From assembly GCA_036279835.1 (NCBI GenBank), contig DASUII010000297.1:1-62975 (forward strand): DNA of 62,975 bases. The letters run 5' to 3'. The translations under genes and the position numbers were made by a program. Of the stretch, positions 58,669 to 62,975 are shown in pieces (positions within the stretch are counted from its first letter, which is position 1; every line of letters starts with the position of its first letter). The notes beneath the pieces are model-generated. The model was given only the letters and a program-made list of their open reading frames with translations, ran no database searches and was not told the DNA's origin. Source of the DNA: Pseudonocardiaceae bacterium (GTDB taxonomy: Bacteria > Actinomycetota > Actinomycetes > Mycobacteriales > Pseudonocardiaceae).

Positions 58669-59970
58669 CTAGCGCCGCTTGGGCGCTAGGAGAGGCGCCG
58701 ACCCGGAATGCCTTGGCATGCGGGAACCGAGGATCTCGGCTGCTTTGCGGTCGGAGGCCGCCACCCATGCTGCGTAGACACGCAGTGTGGTTGCCCCTCC
58801 CCCGCCGTGACCGAGGCGGCCAGCCACGGTCCGCAGGTCGATGCCGGCGCTGAGCAGCTCGGTCGCCGAGTAATGCCGCAATGCGTGAATATGCGTGTCG
58901 ATGCCCAGCCGGTCGGCCATGTCCTTGTATCGACTGGACACACCGTGCGGTGAGTAGGGAACGGTGGGCACCGCCTGCCGGTAACCGGTGAAGACGTACA
59001 TGTCGTCAGTCAACTCCAGCTCGAGCTTGGCCAGCCTTGCCCGCCATCGTTGCTTGAGTTCCCGGAGCAGCACCACGGTCTCGGTGTCGAGCGCGATGCG
59101 GCGCATCTGGTGGGTCTTGGTGTCCTTCTCGGTGCCGATGCCCTTGCGCAGTCGGTAACTGCTGCGGATCTCGATCTGGCCCACATCAAGGTCCACTCGC
59201 GTCCACCGCAGGATGCACACTTCGCCACGGCGCAGGCCGGTCGTCATGACCAGCCAGACGAGCGTGCCCCAGTCCTCGTCCATCCGGAACGCTTCATCGA
59301 CCAACCGGGCCGCCTCGGCGGGCGATGGCGGATCGGGCTCTGGAGGCTTCTGTTTCGGCCGCTGGGCCATCCGCGCCGGATTGGATTCCAGCCAGTCCCA
59401 CCGCACCGCCGCAGACAGGGCGCCACTGATGATCGCGTGAATCTGCCGGACCGTGGAGGCCGCCATCGGCTTGCACACGTGCGGCTTGCACTTCACCGCC
59501 ACACAGTCATGCCCGCCGGCCGCCTTGTGCTCGACAAAGGGTTGCCGGTCACACCGGATGCGGCACCGCCGCAATTCCGCGTACAGGGTTTCGAGATGGC
59601 GCACAGAGAGCTTGGCGATTGACATAGACCCGAGGGCAGGCTTGATCGTGCGCTCGATGTAGCCCAAATAGGTCTCGCGGGTGCTGTCCTCATGCTCGAC
59701 AACCCCCAACCACTCGTCGATGACCTGGCTTAAGGAGACCGCCGAGGACGGTCGGCGCGCCTTCTCCGCTGCGGCGACCAGGCGGTTGAGGGTCCGTCGC
59801 GCCGTGCGGCGGGCCGCGTCGTCGGTGCCGCACACCGTCTCCCGCAGATACGCCGGTCTGCCGGTCACCGGATCGGGCCCGGCGCGGACGCGCAGCGAGT
59901 CGCCGCGAGCCTCGATGTTGCCCTGGATCCGCTCGCTCCCACGCCTGGCACGGGCTGCGGTCATACCCAC
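58669..59970 (-). CDS. Tyrosine-type site-specific integrase
   Basis: 433 aa with ..TGLRRGEV.. (Arg I) and HALRHYSATELLSAGIDLRTVAGRLGHGGGGATTLRVYAAW (H-x-x-R ... Y). It is adjacent to a tRNA-like segment. Confidence 0.9.
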   Translation of the reverse strand: MGMTAARARRGSERIQGNIEARGDSLRVRAGPDPVTGRPAYLRETVCGTDDAARRTARRTLNRLVAAAEKARRPSSAVSLSQVIDEWLGVVEHEDSTRETYLGYIERTIKPALGSMSIAKLSVRHLETLYAELRRCRIRCDRQPFVEHKAAGGHDCVAVKCKPHVCKPMAASTVRQIHAIISGALSAAVRWDWLESNPARMAQRPKQKPPEPDPPSPAEAARLVDEAFRMDEDWGTLVWLVMTTGLRRGEVCILRWTRVDLDVGQIEIRSSYRLRKGIGTEKDTKTHQMRRIALDTETVVLLRELKQRWRARLAKLELELTDDMYVFTGYRQAVPTVPYSPHGVSSRYKDMADRLGIDTHIHALRHYSATELLSAGIDLRTVAGRLGHGGGGATTLRVYAAWVAASDRKAAEILGSRMPRHSGSAPLLAPKRR

Positions 59971-60048
59971 CGCCTAACTCATGCCCAAATTCATGCCCAT
60001 AGATCATCTTACGGAAGCGGGATAACACTGTTTCAGCTGGTAGGTAAG

Positions 60049-60125
60049 TGGGGCGGGTGGGGATCGAACCCACGACCTGACGGATTATGAGACGGCCAGA
60101 CTCAGACGCTTAACACCTCTACCAG
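60049..60125 (-). other. tRNA-like 3' segment (T-arm + acceptor 3' strand + CUCAUAA loop motif), probably an att site or tRNA remnant rather than an intact tRNA
   Basis: The minus strand reads ..CTCATAATCCGTCAGGTCGTGGGTTCGATCCCCACCCGCCCCA, ending at 60049. The T-stem GTGGG/CCCAC and loop TTCGATC are canonical. No complementary 5' acceptor strand (GGGGCGG) is present, and only 3 of 5 anticodon-stem positions pair. Confidence 0.45.
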
Positions 60126-60370
60126 TGCAAATAGGGACCACGGAGTCCGAATCATGGGCATAGAGCGCACCGTTGGACCACAGTTCGTGCCCATCACCAT
60201 GCCCACGGCATCCACAGTGGACCATCGATCGTGTCGCGAGCGTGGCACCAGGCACCCGAGGCGTTCGCCTAGCCCGGCGAGCCAGCACCCCGATGGGCGT
60301 GCGGGCATCCGACAGACAGAGATCGACCCCAGACTGCCTACAGCTACAGTGGGCAATCGTCTCCCCGGCG

Positions 60371-61315
60371 CTACGAAGCGCGGAATCTTGTGTCGGCATG
60401 CCAGGTGAGGAAGTCCTCGTTCGGCTGATCAAGGCGCCGTCGAGGCATGCCGATCGTTTCGCCAGACATCGCACGCTGGTAGAACTCCTCGCCATTGCCC
60501 CAGTCCGCCCGCAGATTCGGGCTGACCAGCAAGGTTTTCTTGTGTGGGTGAATCCCCAGGTAGCCGCGGTCGAACAGGGCGTGTACGTCGGAGCGGAGCA
60601 GGAGGCCGTTGTCGATCCGGTTCTCGCCGTGGTCGGTTACGGGACGGATGTGCGCTGCCTGCAGCACAGGAACGATCTTGCTTCCGGTCACCGCGCAACG
60701 TCGGCCGTAGGCTTCCTGGACGAGTGCCTTGAAGGCCGCTTGGCCGACCCGGACCGAAGCGAGGCGGGGTGGTCCGAAGACCTCACCCGGGACGGCGCCG
60801 GAAACCAAATTCAAATGCTGTCTTAATAAGGCCTCGAGGACCTGCTCGAGGTAGCTGCCCTCAGGCGTGGTCAGGTCGTAACTACGACCCTGAACGATGT
60901 TGCTTGCCCATCCCGGCGGAGCAGCTGGCGCGTCGTCCGGGTCGAAGAACCGGACATCCCGGAGCATGATGCAGCCGATCTCCGGGTCGACATCACTGTA
61001 ATCCAGTATCCCCCTCCGGTACTTGCGGATCCGGGTAAGCATCTCTACGCGCGTCGCGCAGCCGTTGTCCTCGCCAAAGAACTCCCACGCTTGGGACATC
61101 GGCAAGGACGCCCAACCGCTCAGGAAGCCGCCACCGACGATGCGGTTACCGTGCGAGTAATGCGACTTGAAGAGGAAAGGAGCACCTTCAGGGATCACTC
61201 CGAAGCGGCGCCCGCCGCTGGGCTGCCAGAAGTTCACCTCAGTCGCGCCACGCCTCTGAAGGAACCGGTACCAGCCCCAGTCTGTGACTCCGACATACGC
61301 GCGCACAACCGCCAT
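60371..61315 (-). CDS. HNH endonuclease with an uncharacterised N-terminal domain (possible type IV restriction-like nuclease)
   Basis: The C-terminal block RRCAVTGSKIVPVLQAAHIRP...NGLLLRSDVHALFDRGYL is an HNH_2-type motif. The probable start is the ATG at 61315 (MAVVRAYVGVTDWGWYRFL). Confidence 0.75.
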   Translation of the reverse strand: MAVVRAYVGVTDWGWYRFLQRRGATEVNFWQPSGGRRFGVIPEGAPFLFKSHYSHGNRIVGGGFLSGWASLPMSQAWEFFGEDNGCATRVEMLTRIRKYRRGILDYSDVDPEIGCIMLRDVRFFDPDDAPAAPPGWASNIVQGRSYDLTTPEGSYLEQVLEALLRQHLNLVSGAVPGEVFGPPRLASVRVGQAAFKALVQEAYGRRCAVTGSKIVPVLQAAHIRPVTDHGENRIDNGLLLRSDVHALFDRGYLGIHPHKKTLLVSPNLRADWGNGEEFYQRAMSGETIGMPRRRLDQPNEDFLTWHADTRFRAS

Positions 61316-61685
61316 AATGCCAAGATCAGTACGAAGGCAGCTCGACCTGGGGTCAGAGGCCAACTCCGCCAACCTCACCAGCGCACTCGACGCCCAAATT
61401 GGGGCTATTTCCATCGATCTGACCAGAGGCAGACGGTGAGGCACCACCCCTCCGCTGGGGCACATGCCTCACCCCCTCACCGGGCCACCGCCCTACCTCT
61501 GATCTGCGACGAGGCAGGCAACTCGGCGAGGCAGACCAACGCCACTACCCCCAAATCAGCCGCCTGCAGCGGTCTGAATGGGGTTCCCCGACCTGCCTCG
61601 TGTCGTCCTCACCGACGGCCGTGCTTCGGCTCGAAGGTCAACCCGCACCCGGCCTGGACCGTGCCATCCAGCCGTCCGCGAGCCG

Positions 61686-62066
61686 TTAGCTGCGCCGTTC
61701 GGCGCGCTGCGCGAGCATGTGCAGCCGGGACCGCAGTTCCTCGTTGCTAATGCCCGGCGCCTCATCTGCCAGTGTGATCACGGCCCACAGCACCGAGCGT
61801 GCCGCCGCGAGTTCCACGGTCCCTGTAAGCCGGTCCAGGAACGGCTGCGGACGGGGGTTCACGACCGAGATCCACCACTGCCCGCCGCACGCCGCGCACA
61901 ACCACGCCTCAACCTTGGGTGAGGCACACGCCAGCCGGGTCACACCACCTGCGGAATCGCAGTACGGGCAGCCGCCAGGGGCGGGCTCGGTCATCCGGGG
62001 TTCATCCGCACCGCGCCGGGGGAGCTGGTACCGGCTGGCCGCCAGGAGCCGATTCGGGGGCATCAC
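61686..62066 (-). CDS. Hypothetical small protein with a CxxC...CxxC zinc-ribbon-like motif
   Basis: CPYCDSAG...LCAACGG is present and the GC3 bias is consistent with coding. The probable start is the internal ATG at 61994. No family was recognised. Confidence 0.35.
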   Translation of the reverse strand: MMPPNRLLAASRYQLPRRGADEPRMTEPAPGGCPYCDSAGGVTRLACASPKVEAWLCAACGGQWWISVVNPRPQPFLDRLTGTVELAAARSVLWAVITLADEAPGISNEELRSRLHMLAQRAERRS

Positions 62067-62288
62067 TCAACTGGCGGCCAGCCGGGGTCGTGGGATCGAT
62101 CACGAAACCAGAAGGAAGCAACAACGCTGCGAAACACGCTGGGCAGCGCCGCTGGCCCTGCATCGGGCCGTACTGGGGAACCCAGGACGGCAGCGACCGG
62201 CGGCACCCGGTCAGCAACAACCCCGGGCCCTGCATCGTCGGCAGGTGCGCCGTCCCGTCTGAGGTGAGCACCCACGACGCCCGCCAGC

Positions 62289-62711
62289 TCACGACACGCA
62301 CCTGGGGCATCGGCCACGACCCGGGTCGACCATGCTCGCCGCGAAGAATCGGGCGCTGCAATACGCCTCGTAATTCCCCCGCACCCGGCCAGCCCGCAGC
62401 TCCTCAGCACTTACCTGATGAGCCATCCCGGTCTCGGCGTCCACCACCTCGATACCCGGCACATGCCGCATCGGGATCACAGCCGGGGCTGATGACCGGC
62501 GCCAGCGGAAACGGTCGGACACAGCGCGGTGCCTGGCCATAGCGCTCCCAACGTCGCGGCAGTTTGTACGGTGGCTGAGGGGCCGCTCCCCAGTGGCGGT
62601 CTGCAGCGCTCCCTGTGCCGTCCTGCCATGGGTCCTGCTTCCGGCTGGCCGGGTTCTCCTCAACCCGGAGTGACGTCCCTCGGGGAAGGACGTAACAGTT
62701 TCAGCGTCCAA
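62289..62711 (-). CDS. Hypothetical protein (C-terminal CPRC motif), mobile-element context
   Basis: This is an ORF only. The C-terminal part (..EELRAGRVRGNYEAYCSARFFAASMVDPGRGRCPRCVS) looks protein-like. The start is uncertain. Confidence 0.3.
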   Translation of the reverse strand: MDAETVTSFPEGRHSGLRRTRPAGSRTHGRTAQGALQTATGERPLSHRTNCRDVGSAMARHRAVSDRFRWRRSSAPAVIPMRHVPGIEVVDAETGMAHQVSAEELRAGRVRGNYEAYCSARFFAASMVDPGRGRCPRCVS

Positions 62712-62975
62712 TCCGCCTCATGCCTGGTGAAAGCCAACCGGAGGAAGGTCGCTGAGAACAGTGCAGGTCGGTGGAAGTGCTGATGCAGAACAGCAAGACC
62801 GGCTCTCTACGCACCGTGTACTGTCCGATACGTCCTCTGACCCGAATCCGCGAGTAAGTGGGAGACACGCGTCGTGAGATGACGATAGGTGCCCTGTTGA
62901 CCTGGGATGATGGTCTTTGCGAAGAGAGCGATCACCCAGGGGAAAGGGCACCTATCTGGTGGGCAGGATACGCGG

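Noticed and set aside
60049-60128. Calling an intact tRNA-Met gene
   Set aside because: I could not find a 5' acceptor strand complementary to CCGCCCC. The anticodon stem mispairs and the spacing is about 16 nt too long, so only a tRNA-like fragment is reported.

Overview
High-GC actinobacterial DNA in three parts, called by reading the six-frame translations; family names come from motif recall and no database search was run. (1) 1-16 kb is mixed housekeeping and accessory genes. It holds ilvD, a secreted sugar-dehydrogenase-like protein, a decayed histidine kinase, two tandem mini-genes, a low-GC GNAT islet, a cupin, a DUF2252 protein, a serine-recombinase remnant and an amidohydrolase. It also holds a duplicated XRE / HExxH-peptidase / polytopic-membrane-protein module flanking a methyltransferase. 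(2) About 16.3-57.4 kb is an apparently complete type II PKS anthracycline cluster whose local gene orders match what I recall of the Streptomyces peucetius daunorubicin/baumycin (dnr/dps/dnm/drr) cluster. It encodes KSalpha/CLF/ACP, a DpsC/DpsD-like propionate starter module, KR, ARO/CYC, cyclases, methyltransferases, an esterase, an 11-hydroxylase-like enzyme and a VOC protein plus DoxA-like P450. It also encodes two glycosyltransferases, a P450-like helper, a full TDP-aminodeoxysugar set with C-methyltransferase and nitrososynthase-like flavoenzyme, DrrAB-like and UvrA/DrrC-like resistance, and a SARP. Non-canonical additions are a StrR-like regulator, a flavin reductase, a BBE/AknOx-like oxidase, a WYL regulator, an acyl-CoA carboxyltransferase and a degenerate RmlA-like gene. 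(3) 57.4-63 kb is a mobile-element graveyard with a frameshifted IS6 remnant, a tyrosine integrase next to a tRNA-like 3' fragment, an HNH nuclease and small orphan ORFs. The most interesting items are the variant anthracycline cluster with its sugar N-oxidation sub-cluster, the degenerate thymidylyltransferase, the duplicated three-gene module of unknown function whose second repressor is dead, and 11-bp-phased heptamer repeats in three cluster promoters.
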